This document shows, piece by piece, positions 48,416 through 58,522 of a DNA stretch of 64,000 nucleotides (positions are counted from its first letter, which is position 1; the number at the start of each line of letters is the position of its first letter). Source of the DNA: Christensenellaceae bacterium (lineage in GTDB: Bacteria > Bacillota > Clostridia > Christensenellales > Borkfalkiaceae); contig JAZNCJ010000002.1 in assembly GCA_045587465.1 (NCBI GenBank), positions 4,945 to 68,944 on the forward strand, in the 5' to 3' direction. The position numbers and the translations under genes were made by a program. The notes beneath the pieces are model-generated. The model was not told where the DNA came from. It saw nothing but the letters and a program-made list of their open reading frames with translations, and ran no database searches.

Positions 48416-48925
48416 TTATTCTTCTATCATATAAACTTTTTTCATAACGACAGGCTCTACAGGAACGTCGTCATAATATCCCCAACTGGTCGTTTTAACG
48501 CTTGCAATGTCTAAAACTGCTTGCATACTTTCTTCATCGCATACCTTGCCAAACGCTGCGTATTGTGCGTCTAAATAAGCTTGATCGTCAGCGCAAATAA
48601 AAAACTGCGATGACGCTGAGTCTGGCACCATTGTTCTTGCCATTGAGATTACGCCCGGTGCGTGGTGAAGGTCGTTTTTAACGCCGTTCATAGCAAACTC
48701 GCCTTTGATTGTTCTTGGCGCTTTTTTCTCTTTTAAGCCATTGTCATACACAAAGCCACCACCTTGTATCATAAAGCCTTCTATTACTCTATGAAAACAA
48801 AGTCCGTCATAAAATCCGTTTTTTACAAGGTCAATAAAGTTATCAACCGTTATTGGAGCGTGCTCAGGATAAAGCTCTAAATTAATTTTTTTGCCGTCAG
48901 CAAATTCTATACATACTCTTTTCAT
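48416..48925 (-). CDS. ppiB: cyclophilin-type peptidyl-prolyl isomerase
   Basis: Motifs FHRVIEGFMIQGGG and SQFFI. Confidence 0.95.
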   Translation of the reverse strand: MKRVCIEFADGKKINLELYPEHAPITVDNFIDLVKNGFYDGLCFHRVIEGFMIQGGGFVYDNGLKEKKAPRTIKGEFAMNGVKNDLHHAPGVISMARTMVPDSASSQFFICADDQAYLDAQYAAFGKVCDEESMQAVLDIASVKTTSWGYYDDVPVEPVVMKKVYMIEE

Positions 48926-48935
48926 ATTTTCACCA

Positions 48936-50573
48936 TTATTTTTTTACGTTAAAGTTATCTTTTAGCGACACTATTTCGCTTAAAACTTCCTTGCCGTTTA
49001 TCTTTAAGCGCTTAAAGTAGCCCGTTCTAATAAGTTGATAGCACGCATCTTTATCATTTTCATAAACGTATGGCTCAACTTTGCCATTAAATATTTTAAC
49101 GCTTTCGGTGTTCATACGCTCTGAAAAATCTTGACCAGCGTACTCTTCATCTTTAAGCAAGTGTCCGTATTGGCGAATTTCCGTATCAACGCAAGTTTTT
49201 TCGTTTACCCATTGAATAACGCCCTTACACTTAATGCCGGAAGTGTCGTTTCCACTCTTGCTTTCTGGGAAGTACGTGCAAAGTATTTCTTTAACTTCAC
49301 CATTTTCATCTAAAATAACGTCGTCACACTTAACGATATATGCACCTTTAAGCCTTACGTAGCCGTCCTTTTTCAAACGGAAATATTTTGGTGGTGGGTC
49401 AAGCGAGAAGTCGTCTGCATCGATATATAAGAGCTTAGAAAACTCAATTTCACCTGTGCGCTTAACTTCTTCGTTAGGGTTAATTTCAAACTCAGCCATT
49501 TCGCTCTTTTCATCTGGGTAGTTTGTGATTGTGAGCTTAACTGGTCTTAATACAGCCATAGCACGCTCTGCGTGGATATTAAGATATTCTCTAATGCACG
49601 CCTCTAAATAACTGATTTGAACTTCAGAGTTAGCCTTGCTTACACCGATTCTCGCACAAAAGTCCTTTAATGCTTCGGCAGGAATGCCCCTATTTCTAAG
49701 CCCAGTAAGAGTTGGCATACGTGGGTCGTCCCAGCCGTCAACTGCACCATCTTCAACTAATTTTTTTAAATATCTCTTGCTCATAACAAGGTTTGTGACG
49801 TTAAGTCTTGCAAACTCGATTTGGCGTGGCTTTGGATTAAAGCCGAGTTCAATTCCCACCCAATCGTAAAGTGGACGGTGGTCTTCAAACTCTAAAGTGC
49901 AAAGCGAGTGAGTTATGCCTTGCATATAGTCGCAAATAGGGTGAGCATAGTCGTACATAGGATAAATGCACCACTTGTCGCCCGTTCTGTGATGCGTTTG
50001 GCGAAGTATTCTATAAATAACAGGGTCACGCATGTTGATGTTTGGCGAAGCCATATCGATTTTTGCTCTTAAACATTTTTCGCCGTCAGCAAATTCACCA
50101 TTTCTCATAGCTTCAAAAAGCTTAAGGTTTTCTTCTATGCTTCTATTTCTATAAGGGCTTTCCTTCCCCGGCTCGGTAAGAGTGCCACGATTTTGGCTTA
50201 TCTCTTCTGGTGTCATATCGCAAACGAAAGCCTTGCCCTTTTTTATAAGCTCAACGGCAAAGTTGTAAATTTGCTCAAAGTAGTCTGACGCATAGTTTTC
50301 TTTGTCCCAAGTAAAACCAAGCCACTTTATATCTGCTTTAATAGCGTCAACGAATTCGGTTTTTTCTTTAGACGGATTAGTGTCGTCAAAAAACAGATTG
50401 CACTTGCCGTTATACTTTTGCTTCATGCCGAAGTTTATGCAAAGACTCTTTGCGTGGCCTATGTGCAAGTATCCGTTAGGTTCTGGTGGAAAGCGAGTGT
50501 AAACGCTGTCTACCTTGCCAGACTCTAATTCTTCGTTAATAATTTGTTCAATAAAATTAGTTGCTTCTACCAT
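48936..50573 (-). CDS. glnS: glutamine--tRNA ligase
   Basis: FPPEPNGYLHIGHAKS, VMSKR, and a GlnRS-type C-terminal anticodon-binding domain. 545 aa. Confidence 0.93.
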   Translation of the reverse strand: MVEATNFIEQIINEELESGKVDSVYTRFPPEPNGYLHIGHAKSLCINFGMKQKYNGKCNLFFDDTNPSKEKTEFVDAIKADIKWLGFTWDKENYASDYFEQIYNFAVELIKKGKAFVCDMTPEEISQNRGTLTEPGKESPYRNRSIEENLKLFEAMRNGEFADGEKCLRAKIDMASPNINMRDPVIYRILRQTHHRTGDKWCIYPMYDYAHPICDYMQGITHSLCTLEFEDHRPLYDWVGIELGFNPKPRQIEFARLNVTNLVMSKRYLKKLVEDGAVDGWDDPRMPTLTGLRNRGIPAEALKDFCARIGVSKANSEVQISYLEACIREYLNIHAERAMAVLRPVKLTITNYPDEKSEMAEFEINPNEEVKRTGEIEFSKLLYIDADDFSLDPPPKYFRLKKDGYVRLKGAYIVKCDDVILDENGEVKEILCTYFPESKSGNDTSGIKCKGVIQWVNEKTCVDTEIRQYGHLLKDEEYAGQDFSERMNTESVKIFNGKVEPYVYENDKDACYQLIRTGYFKRLKINGKEVLSEIVSLKDNFNVKK

Positions 50574-50683
50574 AGTAAATTACCTTTTAACTAAATATAT
50601 GAATAAGTATAGCACAAATTATAAAAATAAAAAAGCAATTTTAATTGTATTTGTTTATATTTCCCTATTTAACAACAAAAAAC

Positions 50684-50712
50684 TTGACTACAACCTTTTT
50701 TTATCCTATAGT
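50684..50712 (+). promoter_or_regulatory. sigma-A type promoter of the acyltransferase-3 gene
   Basis: TTGACT, 17 nt, TATAGT. Confidence 0.5.
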
Positions 50713-50748
50713 AGTATATATAAAAAAATATTTTTCATAGGTGCACAA

Positions 50749-51807
50749 ATGGATTATCAATTAATTATACAACCTTCAACAAAAACAAGAAACGCTTTTA
50801 TAGACCTTTTTAGAATTGTTTGCGCCGTGATGGTGGTCATTATTCACGCAAAGCCATTTAAGGACGTCAACCCTTATTTTGAGTCTTTTTTTGTTAATTA
50901 TTTTCCTAGGATTGCAGTTCCATTTTTTCTATGCACGATATCATTTTATTACGTTCAAAAATTAAATTCTAAAATATCAGTTAAATCTACTTGGATAAGG
51001 CTATTTAGAGTTTATGTTTTTTGGAGCGCTGTTTATTTTGTTTATAGTCTTGTTCATAGCCTTGCAACAAACAGGTTTTCAATTTTAAGTTTTTTAGAAA
51101 ATACAGTTTATGGTTTTTTCGTTAATGGCATAGGCTATCAGCTTTGGTTTTTTCCTGCAGTGTTCTTAGGTCTGTTTATTTTAACTATTTGCCACAAGCT
51201 AAAAATATTAAAATTTGCATCAATTTTTTCGTTGGTTTTTTATATAATTGGTTTACTTGGAAGCATTTACTATGAAGTTGGTATAAAAATTCCTTTAATT
51301 TCAAGTCTTATAAGCAAACCTTTCTTTTATGCTTACGTTCAAAGGCCATTAAGCTTTGGGCTTAACTTTATTTTTATGGGCTACTTTTTATGCGAGTTTT
51401 TAAAATCTTATAAGAAAAACAACAAAATCATTTTTGCTTTGTTTGCTATAACCGTTTTGTTATTCTTTTTAGAGATTTTTTTGGCAAGATATTTTAACCT
51501 ATATTCTAACGTTAAATTGTCTGTGTTTTTATATCCATTAACTTTTTTAGTTATGACCTTGTTGCTATCAAACTCAACCCAAAACAAAAAAATTATTAAA
51601 TTTTCAAAAGCAACAAGAGATATTTCAAATTTTATGTATTATTCACACGTTTTAGTACTGGCTTTGTTTAGAATATTTGATAGCTTTGTTATTAAAATAC
51701 CTTACTTTTACACAATATCGTGTTTTGGAACTATAGTAATAACTTTTTTAGTAGGCTTGCTAATCCATAAAAGTAAAAATCAAAAAATCAAGGATTTTAT
51801 ACTATAA
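50749..51807 (+). CDS. acyltransferase family 3 membrane protein (O-acyltransferase)
   Basis: About ten TM segments. The N-terminus NAFIDLFRIVCAVMVVIIHAKPF is typical of the family. The start is set at ATG 50749, behind AGGTG. Confidence 0.75.
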   Translation: MDYQLIIQPSTKTRNAFIDLFRIVCAVMVVIIHAKPFKDVNPYFESFFVNYFPRIAVPFFLCTISFYYVQKLNSKISVKSTWIRLFRVYVFWSAVYFVYSLVHSLATNRFSILSFLENTVYGFFVNGIGYQLWFFPAVFLGLFILTICHKLKILKFASIFSLVFYIIGLLGSIYYEVGIKIPLISSLISKPFFYAYVQRPLSFGLNFIFMGYFLCEFLKSYKKNNKIIFALFAITVLLFFLEIFLARYFNLYSNVKLSVFLYPLTFLVMTLLLSNSTQNKKIIKFSKATRDISNFMYYSHVLVLALFRIFDSFVIKIPYFYTISCFGTIVITFLVGLLIHKSKNQKIKDFIL

Positions 51808-51911
51808 ATTAATTATTTATTAAAATTAATTTACATATATGCTCTTTTAATTGACTAAAATTTTATTTTTATATATACTTAATATGTTTAATTTTTAATA
51901 GAGGTTTCATT

Positions 51912-53321
51912 ATGGAAAATATAAAAAGTTGTGCTACAATGGAAAAAATCGTAAATTTATGTAAAAATAGGGGCTTTATTTTCCCTGGAAGTGAAATTTA
52001 CGGTGGTCTTGCTAATACTTGGGACTACGGCCCACTTGGCGTTGAACTCAAAAACAATATTAAGCGTGCGTGGTGGCAAAAGTTTGTCACCGAAAATAAA
52101 CTTAACGTCGGCTTAGACGCTGCAATACTTATGAACCCACAAACTTGGGTTGCTTCTGGTCACTTAGCAGGCTTTTCAGACCCACTTATGGACTGTAGAG
52201 AGTGCCACGAAAGATTTAGGGCTGATAAACTTATCGAAGACTGGGCATCAGAAAATAACTATACTTTACCTAAGCCAATAGACGCTTTTTCTCACCAAGA
52301 AATGCGTGAGTTCGTTGAACAGCATAATATCGCCTGCCCAACTTGTGGCAAGCATAACTTTACTGATATCCGTCAGTTTAACCTTATGTTCAAAACTTTC
52401 CAAGGCGTGACTGAAGATGCTAAAAACACAGTTTATCTTCGCCCTGAAACAGCACAAGGTATTTTTACTAACTTTGTAAACGTTCAAAGAACGACAAGAA
52501 AGAAAATGCCTTTCGGTATTGCTCAAATCGGTAAATCTTTTAGAAACGAAATCACACCTGGCAACTTTATTTTCCGTGTTCGTGAATTTGAACAAATGGA
52601 ACTAGAATTCTTCTGTAAACCTGGAACTGACTTAGAGTGGTTTAGCTACTGGAGAAGTTTCTGCCATAACTGGCTATTGTCACTTGGCATTAAAGACGAA
52701 AGATTAAGACTCCGTGACCACGCTAAAGAAGAACTTTGCTTCTATTCTAAAGCAACGACTGACTTTGAATTCTTGTTCCCATTTGGTTGGGGCGAACTTT
52801 GGGGGGTTGCTGATAGAACGGACTATGACCTAACTCAACATCAAAACACTTCTAAGAAAGACCTTTCTTACTTTGACCAAGAAACAAACGAAAGATATAT
52901 TCCTTACGTTGTTGAACCAAGCCTTGGCGTTGAAAGAACTGTGCTTGCAATTCTATGCAATGCTTATGATGAAGAAGTTGTTGATAGCGAAAAGAACGAC
53001 GTTAGAACGGTTCTTAGACTTCACCCAACTTTAGCACCATTTAAAGCAGCAGTATTGCCACTTTCTAAAAAGCTTTCAGAAAAGGCTGATGAAGTTTATA
53101 GCGAACTTATCAAGTCTTTCCCTGTTGATTATGATGAATCTGGTTCTATCGGAAAGCGTTATCGCCGTCAAGACGAAATCGGAACTCCACTTTGCATTAC
53201 TATAGACTTTGACACGCTTGAAGATAATGCAGTCACCGTTCGTGATAGAGATACTATGGAGCAAGTTAGAATTCCTGTTGATAGTTTAAAAGACTATATC
53301 GCAAACTATATAAAATTTTAA
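51912..53321 (+). CDS. glyQS: glycine--tRNA ligase (homodimeric GlyQS type)
   Basis: [38 protein letters not shown], and a C-terminal anticodon-binding domain. Confidence 0.97.
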   Translation: MENIKSCATMEKIVNLCKNRGFIFPGSEIYGGLANTWDYGPLGVELKNNIKRAWWQKFVTENKLNVGLDAAILMNPQTWVASGHLAGFSDPLMDCRECHERFRADKLIEDWASENNYTLPKPIDAFSHQEMREFVEQHNIACPTCGKHNFTDIRQFNLMFKTFQGVTEDAKNTVYLRPETAQGIFTNFVNVQRTTRKKMPFGIAQIGKSFRNEITPGNFIFRVREFEQMELEFFCKPGTDLEWFSYWRSFCHNWLLSLGIKDERLRLRDHAKEELCFYSKATTDFEFLFPFGWGELWGVADRTDYDLTQHQNTSKKDLSYFDQETNERYIPYVVEPSLGVERTVLAILCNAYDEEVVDSEKNDVRTVLRLHPTLAPFKAAVLPLSKKLSEKADEVYSELIKSFPVDYDESGSIGKRYRRQDEIGTPLCITIDFDTLEDNAVTVRDRDTMEQVRIPVDSLKDYIANYIKF

Positions 53322-53339
53322 TTTAAAAAGATAATAAAA

Positions 53340-53382
53340 AACGCTCGGCTAAAAAATTGGCTGAGCGCTTTTATTTTTTTAT
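53340..53382 (+). terminator. intrinsic terminator of glyQS
   Basis: CGCTCGGC-n9-GCTGAGCG followed by a T-run. Confidence 0.7.
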
Positions 53383-53390
53383 TTTCCATA

Positions 53391-53419
53391 TTGACAAAAT
53401 TTGGTTTATATAATAAAAT
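53391..53419 (+). promoter_or_regulatory. sigma-A type promoter of rubrerythrin
   Basis: TTGACA, 17 nt, TAAAAT. Confidence 0.5.
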
Positions 53420-53451
53420 AATTGTACAAACTAATATTGAGGTAAATGGTT

Positions 53452-53988
53452 ATGAATTTAAAAGGAACAAAAACTGAAAAAAATTTGATGGAAGCGTTCG
53501 CTGGCGAATCACAAGCAAGAAACAAATATACTTATTATGCTTCTAAGGCAAAAAAAGAAGGTTATGAACAAATTGCAGCTTACTTTTTAGAAACTGCTGA
53601 TAACGAAAAAGAACACGCAAAGATTTGGTTCAAACTCTTGCACGACGGCATCGGCTCTACTGTTGACAATTTAAAAGACGCTGCTGCTGGCGAAAACGGT
53701 GAATGGACTGATATGTACGCTCGTATGGCAAAAGAAGCTTTAGAAGAAGGCTTTGACGATATTGCAAGATTATTTAGTGGCGTTGCTGCTATCGAAAAAG
53801 AGCACGAAGAAAGATATCTTGCTCTCTTAAAAAACATTGAAGATGGCAGTGTGTTTAAGAAAAACCAAAAGGTTGTTTGGATTTGCAGAAACTGTGGTCA
53901 TATTATTGATTCAGCAGAAGCACCTAATAAGTGCCCTATCTGTGACCACCCTAAGGCATACTTCCAACTCAGAGTTATAAATTATTAA
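53452..53988 (+). CDS. rbr: rubrerythrin
   Basis: Ferritin-like diiron domain ([16 protein letters not shown]) plus a C-terminal rubredoxin CRNCGH...CPICDHP. The start is set at the second ATG for SD spacing. Confidence 0.93.
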   Translation: MNLKGTKTEKNLMEAFAGESQARNKYTYYASKAKKEGYEQIAAYFLETADNEKEHAKIWFKLLHDGIGSTVDNLKDAAAGENGEWTDMYARMAKEALEEGFDDIARLFSGVAAIEKEHEERYLALLKNIEDGSVFKKNQKVVWICRNCGHIIDSAEAPNKCPICDHPKAYFQLRVINY

Positions 53989-53997
53989 TAAAAAACA

Positions 53998-54031
53998 TAA
54001 AAAGCCTATCAAATCGATAGGCTTTTGTTTT
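53998..54031 (+). terminator. intrinsic terminator of rubrerythrin
   Basis: AGCCTATC-n5-GATAGGCT followed by TTTTGTTTT. Confidence 0.75.
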
Positions 54032-54035
54032 ACAC

Positions 54036-54078
54036 AAAAAATAGCACCGTTTAGACTGTCTAAACGGTGCTTGTTTTT
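54036..54078. terminator. bidirectional terminator (serves rpmF on the minus strand)
   Basis: 13-bp stem AGCACCGTTTAGA/TCTAAACGGTGCT with T-runs on both strands. Confidence 0.75.
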
Positions 54079-54091
54079 AAAAAGTAAGGTT

Positions 54092-54118
54092 GTGGTGCAA
54101 AAATTGCACCACTTTTTT
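54092..54118 (+). terminator. third hairpin with plus-strand T-run
   Basis: GTGGTGCAA-aaa-TTGCACCAC followed by TTTTTT. Confidence 0.5.
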
Positions 54119-54143
54119 CGGCAGTTAATTAAAGCCGATAAAA

Positions 54144-54338
54144 TTAGTCTTTCTTTTCTTTTTTAGCAGTGTCTATAACTTGCTTACCATTGTAATAACC
54201 ACATTTTGGGCAAACAATGTGTGAAGCCTTAAGTTCGTGACATTGTGGGCACTCTGAAAGGTTTGGTGTTTCAAGCTTCCATTGTGCAAATCTTGTATTT
54301 GTTCTTTGTTTTGATGTTTTACTTTTTTGTACTGCCAT
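54144..54338 (-). CDS. rpmF: 50S ribosomal protein L32
   Basis: MAVQKSKTSKQRTNTR... with a CxxC...CxxC zinc ribbon. Confidence 0.97.
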   Translation of the reverse strand: MAVQKSKTSKQRTNTRFAQWKLETPNLSECPQCHELKASHIVCPKCGYYNGKQVIDTAKKEKKD

Positions 54339-54352
54339 TTTCTATACCTACC

Positions 54353-54796
54353 CTATTTATTTTTACATTTACATTGACTATTATTTAGATTTTCGCCACA
54401 GCCTAAGCATATGCCTTTGCAATCCTCATCACAAAGAAAGGTGATTGGCGAATTCATCATAATTAAGTCATCAACTATTTTTGTTAAATCTATCGTATCG
54501 TTTTTTACCGAATAACCGTCTAAATTATTTTCTTCTACACTTTCAGAAAACTCCAAGAAATATTGCTTTTCTGTGCTACTTAAACATCTAGTGCAATCTC
54601 CCTTGATAACGAACTCAACTTCGCCTTTAATAAAAGCACTATGCTCGCCCGTTAAAGAAACTGTTCCATTAATTCTAATCGGGCCTGCAATTTCAGCTGA
54701 TGGGAGTTCAATTAAATCTTGCTCTGGAGCGTACTCAAAGAAGAAATCACTCTCGTCCTTGCCACTCCTTTTAAGTTTTCTAAGGTCTAAAATCAT
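54353..54796 (-). CDS. yceD: YceD/DUF177 family protein (large-subunit rRNA accumulation)
   Basis: Conserved position upstream of rpmF. Cys-rich C-terminus CDEDCKGICLGCGENLN. Confidence 0.85.
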   Translation of the reverse strand: MILDLRKLKRSGKDESDFFFEYAPEQDLIELPSAEIAGPIRINGTVSLTGEHSAFIKGEVEFVIKGDCTRCLSSTEKQYFLEFSESVEENNLDGYSVKNDTIDLTKIVDDLIMMNSPITFLCDEDCKGICLGCGENLNNSQCKCKNK

Positions 54797-54885
54797 AATT
54801 TACCTAACTAAATAGCCATACAAGTATATACTATTTATCGACTCTTGTCAACTTTTTTTAACAAAAATATTCACTTTTACTCTAA

Positions 54886-56082
54886 TTAGTTATTAGATGT
54901 AAGAATTTTTGTTTCTCTTGCGATAGAAAGTTCTTCGTTTGTTGGCAAGACGATAATTTTTACCTTAGAATCGTCTGTATTCAAATAACCGATATCGTTT
55001 GAATATTCTAAGTTTTTCTTTTCATCGAACTTAGCGCCACAGTATTCCATACCTTCCATAACGAGAGAACGAACGAGTTCCGAGTGTTCGCCGATACCAC
55101 CTGTGAATACGATTGCATCAACTCCACCAAGAACAGCTATATAGCTACCAACGTATTTCTTAACTCTATAAGCAAGAATTTCAAGAGCAAGTCTTGCCTT
55201 TTCGTTGCCACTTTCTGCAGCAGCCGTTAAGTCACGAAGGTCACTTGAAAGTTCACTTACGCCCAAGATACCACATTTTTTGTTGAGGTAGTTTACAACT
55301 TCTTCTGGTGAAAGGTTAAGTTTTGCTCTTAAGAATTCAACAGCAGCTGGGTCGATGTCACCACTACGTGTGCCCATTACTAAGCCTTCAAGTGGTGTAA
55401 ATCCCATTGAAGTGTCTTGACATTTGCCGTCTTTAACAGCTGAAATTGATGAGCCGTTTCCAAGGTGGCAAACAACAATTTTTGAATCTTTTTTGCCGAG
55501 AAGTTTGATTGTTTCTTCGCTTACGAATTTATGTGACGTGCCGTGGAAACCATATTTTCTGATTTTGTATTGTTCATAAACAGAATATGGGATACCATAC
55601 ATATAAGCTTTTGCTGGCATTGTTGAGTGGAAAGTTGTGTCAAACACAGCAACCATTGGAACGCCTGGCATAACTTCACGACAACTCTTTATGCAAGCGA
55701 TGTTGCCTGGCATATGTAGAGGGCCGAGCTCTGCGTTCTTTTCGCAAATTGCGATAACTTCGTCATCAATAACAACTGATGAGTGGAAGTCTTCACCTGA
55801 GTGGAGAACTCTATGACCAACAGCGCTGATTTCATCAATGCTGTTTAATGCACCGTTTTCTTTGTCAAGCATAGCTTTTAAGACAATTTCCATTGCTTCT
55901 TTATGTGTTGGCATATCTTGTTTGATAACGCATACTCTGCCGTCAAAAGTTTTTTGAGTTAACTGACCACCTGCAAAAGTAATTCTTTCGCAAACGCCCT
56001 TTAAGATAACGCTTTCATCAACCATATTGATAAGTTGATATTTAAGTGATGAACTTCCTGCATTTATAACTAAAATTTTCAT
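54886..56082 (-). CDS. ackA: acetate kinase
   Basis: MKILVINAGSSSLKYQL, the GFHGTSH motif, and IVFTGGIGEHS. Confidence 0.97.
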   Translation of the reverse strand: MKILVINAGSSSLKYQLINMVDESVILKGVCERITFAGGQLTQKTFDGRVCVIKQDMPTHKEAMEIVLKAMLDKENGALNSIDEISAVGHRVLHSGEDFHSSVVIDDEVIAICEKNAELGPLHMPGNIACIKSCREVMPGVPMVAVFDTTFHSTMPAKAYMYGIPYSVYEQYKIRKYGFHGTSHKFVSEETIKLLGKKDSKIVVCHLGNGSSISAVKDGKCQDTSMGFTPLEGLVMGTRSGDIDPAAVEFLRAKLNLSPEEVVNYLNKKCGILGVSELSSDLRDLTAAAESGNEKARLALEILAYRVKKYVGSYIAVLGGVDAIVFTGGIGEHSELVRSLVMEGMEYCGAKFDEKKNLEYSNDIGYLNTDDSKVKIIVLPTNEELSIARETKILTSNN

Positions 56083-56100
56083 AATAACACTTCCTTAAAA

Positions 56101-57138
56101 TTATTTTGCTTGGAGTGCAGTTATAGCAACAACTGCAATGATGTCTTCTACGCTACAACCACGAGATAAGTCGTTGATAGGTTTTGCAAAACCTTGACAA
56201 ATTGGACCGAGAGCCATATATCCACCAAATCTTTGTGCAATTTTATAACCGATATTGCCTGCGTTGATATTTGGGAAAATAAACACGTTAGCGTTGCCTG
56301 CAACTGATGAGTCTGGTGCTTTTAACTTGCCAACTTCTGGGGCAACGGCAGCATCAAATTGGAATTCACCGTCAAGCTTAAGGTCTGGAGCAGCAGCTTT
56401 AGCGAGTGCTGTTGCTTCTTGCATTTTTGGAACGCTCTTAAAGAACTTGTCGTCGTTGCCAGAGCCCTTTGTTGAGAAAGAAAGCATAGCAACTCTTGGT
56501 TCGATACCAGCGATGTCTTTAGCTGTTTGTGCTGAAGAAATTGCAATGTCAGCAATTTGTTGAGCATCTGGCTCAATGTTGATAGCGCAGTCTGCAAATA
56601 CTGCAACGCCGTCTGGATTATATTTGTTTTCGCTATTTGGTGCAACCATAACGAAACTGCTTGATACCGTGTTGATGCCAGGAGCAGTTTTGATTACTTG
56701 AAGACCTGGGCGAAGTGTGTTAGCCGTTGAGTGGCAAGCACCTGAAACCAAACCGTCAACGTCGCCAGCTTTTAACATAAGTGCAGCGTACATTGTATAA
56801 TCTTTTAAGATTGAAGCCTTTGCAGCTTCAATATCAGCATATTCAGGTTGTCCTGTTTTTTTGTTGATTTTGCCAGCCCTTGCATCGAACAAGATTTTCG
56901 CATAGTCAAGTGTTTTTTCGTATGACACAGGGTCAATGATTTCAAAACCACTTATGTCAACGCCAGGGTTAGCTTTTGCAATTTCTTCTTTGTTGCCTAA
57001 AACAACAACCTTAGCAAGGCCTTCTTTAGCAATCTCGCTCGCTGCAACAACAACTCTTGCATCTTCGCCTTCTGGCAAAACTACGCATTTATTTAATGCT
57101 TTTGCTTGATTTAAAATATTTTCTAAAATGTTGGACAT
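56101..57138 (-). CDS. pta: phosphate acetyltransferase (short PTA form)
   Basis: VVLPEGEDARVVVAA and the C-terminal DLSRGCSVEDI. Confidence 0.95.
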   Translation of the reverse strand: MSNILENILNQAKALNKCVVLPEGEDARVVVAASEIAKEGLAKVVVLGNKEEIAKANPGVDISGFEIIDPVSYEKTLDYAKILFDARAGKINKKTGQPEYADIEAAKASILKDYTMYAALMLKAGDVDGLVSGACHSTANTLRPGLQVIKTAPGINTVSSSFVMVAPNSENKYNPDGVAVFADCAINIEPDAQQIADIAISSAQTAKDIAGIEPRVAMLSFSTKGSGNDDKFFKSVPKMQEATALAKAAAPDLKLDGEFQFDAAVAPEVGKLKAPDSSVAGNANVFIFPNINAGNIGYKIAQRFGGYMALGPICQGFAKPINDLSRGCSVEDIIAVVAITALQAK

Positions 57139-57286
57139 AAAATTTTACTCCTTTTTATTTTTTCTTGTAATATTTTTGCATTTTTATTTAATTTGTTGTA
57201 AAATATAAATATAAAATGCACAGCATTTTTATTTTACACCTTTTTTTAAAAAAAGTAAATTAATATTAAGGGCATTTATATTTTTT

Positions 57287-58456
57287 ATGAAAATTTGTGG
57301 CATTATTGCAGAGTATAACCCCTTTCATTTGGGGCACTTAAAACAAATTGAATACGTTAAAACCATTTTGGGCGCTGAAAAGATTATAGTTATTATGAGT
57401 GGCAACTTTTCTCAGCGTGGAGAAGTGGCAGTTTTAGATAAGTTTTTAAGGGCAAAGCACGCAGTTATTGCTGGCGCTGACCTTGTTATAGAGCTTCCAA
57501 CAGTTTTTGCAACTGCTAATGCAGAAATCTTCGCTAAAGGTGCTATAAACATTTTAAACTCGCTTGGAGTTATTGATTCAATTTGTTTTGGTGTTGAAAG
57601 TGGAAGTGCAGAAGAATATATTGCACTTGCAAAAGCAATGAACAACGAAAGCAGAGAGTTTAAAAAAATATTAAAAGAAAAACTGGAAAGTGGCGTTTCT
57701 TTAGCAAAGGCAAAATTTGAAACGCTAAAAGAACTTGGCAGTGACTTTGACCAATCTTTAATCTCTACCCCAAACAATATCTTAGGCTTAGAATACACAA
57801 AAGCAATACTTAGCACAAAAAGCAAGATTGAAATTTTCCCTATGATAAGAAGTGGCGACCATAACGATAAAAGGCTTAAAAAAGGAATAACAAGTGCTAG
57901 TAGCATAAGAGAAATGCTAAAAATCGGCAAGCCTAAAAAGTTAAAAACTAACGTGCCTAAGTTTGTTTTTGGCGACTTAAAAGACTATCCGTTTGCTTTT
58001 GAAAATCTTTGTTTAGCAAGCCTTATTACAACGAGTGCTGATAAGCTTAAAAACGTTTTAGACTGTACCGAGGGGCTTGAAAATAGAATTAAGGCACTTA
58101 TAAAAGACAATCTTTGTTTAGACGGACTTATTGACAAGGTTAGCACTAAAAGATACACTAAAAGTCGCATACAAAGAATAATACTTTCTAACCTTTTAGG
58201 CATTGAAAAGGACTTAGTTTTCGATTGTTTGGACAGCTCTTTATATGCAAAAGTACTTGCCGTTAATAGTGATTCGAAAGACCTTATCCCATATATTTGC
58301 AAAAGCTCTTCTATCCCAATTCTCACAAGAAAAAGTGACGAGACCCTTTTGAAAAAGAAAGCAAAAGAGTGCTTTGAAAAGGACGTTTTAGCAAACGACT
58401 TATATTCGCTTATCTCTGGCAAAAAAATTAACGAACATCAAATGGTTATAATATAA
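57287..58456 (+). CDS. tmcAL: tRNA(Met) cytidine acetate ligase (YlbM/UPF0348)
   Basis: GIIAEYNPFHLGHLKQI nucleotidyltransferase motif, about 390 aa. Confidence 0.85.
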   Translation: MKICGIIAEYNPFHLGHLKQIEYVKTILGAEKIIVIMSGNFSQRGEVAVLDKFLRAKHAVIAGADLVIELPTVFATANAEIFAKGAINILNSLGVIDSICFGVESGSAEEYIALAKAMNNESREFKKILKEKLESGVSLAKAKFETLKELGSDFDQSLISTPNNILGLEYTKAILSTKSKIEIFPMIRSGDHNDKRLKKGITSASSIREMLKIGKPKKLKTNVPKFVFGDLKDYPFAFENLCLASLITTSADKLKNVLDCTEGLENRIKALIKDNLCLDGLIDKVSTKRYTKSRIQRIILSNLLGIEKDLVFDCLDSSLYAKVLAVNSDSKDLIPYICKSSSIPILTRKSDETLLKKKAKECFEKDVLANDLYSLISGKKINEHQMVII

Positions 58457-58471
58457 ATTTTAGAAAAAATT

Positions 58472-58506
58472 AAAGGGTGGCAAATTTGCCACCCCTTTTT
58501 TTGTTT
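58472..58506. terminator. bidirectional terminator
   Basis: GGGTGGCA-aatt-TGCCACCC, flanked by A-run and T-run. Confidence 0.8.
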
Positions 58507-58522
58507 GTTTTTTAACCTAAAA

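Noticed and set aside
53400-53430. PerR/Fur-type box over the rubrerythrin promoter (TTATAATAAAATAAT)
   Set aside because: Only the first half matches the TTATAATNATTATAA consensus. In such AT-rich DNA that is not significant.
53998-54118. Three stacked hairpins between rubrerythrin and rpmF as a possible sRNA
   Set aside because: All three are simple terminator-shaped stems with T-runs between convergent genes. There is no promoter and no conserved-looking loop sequence.
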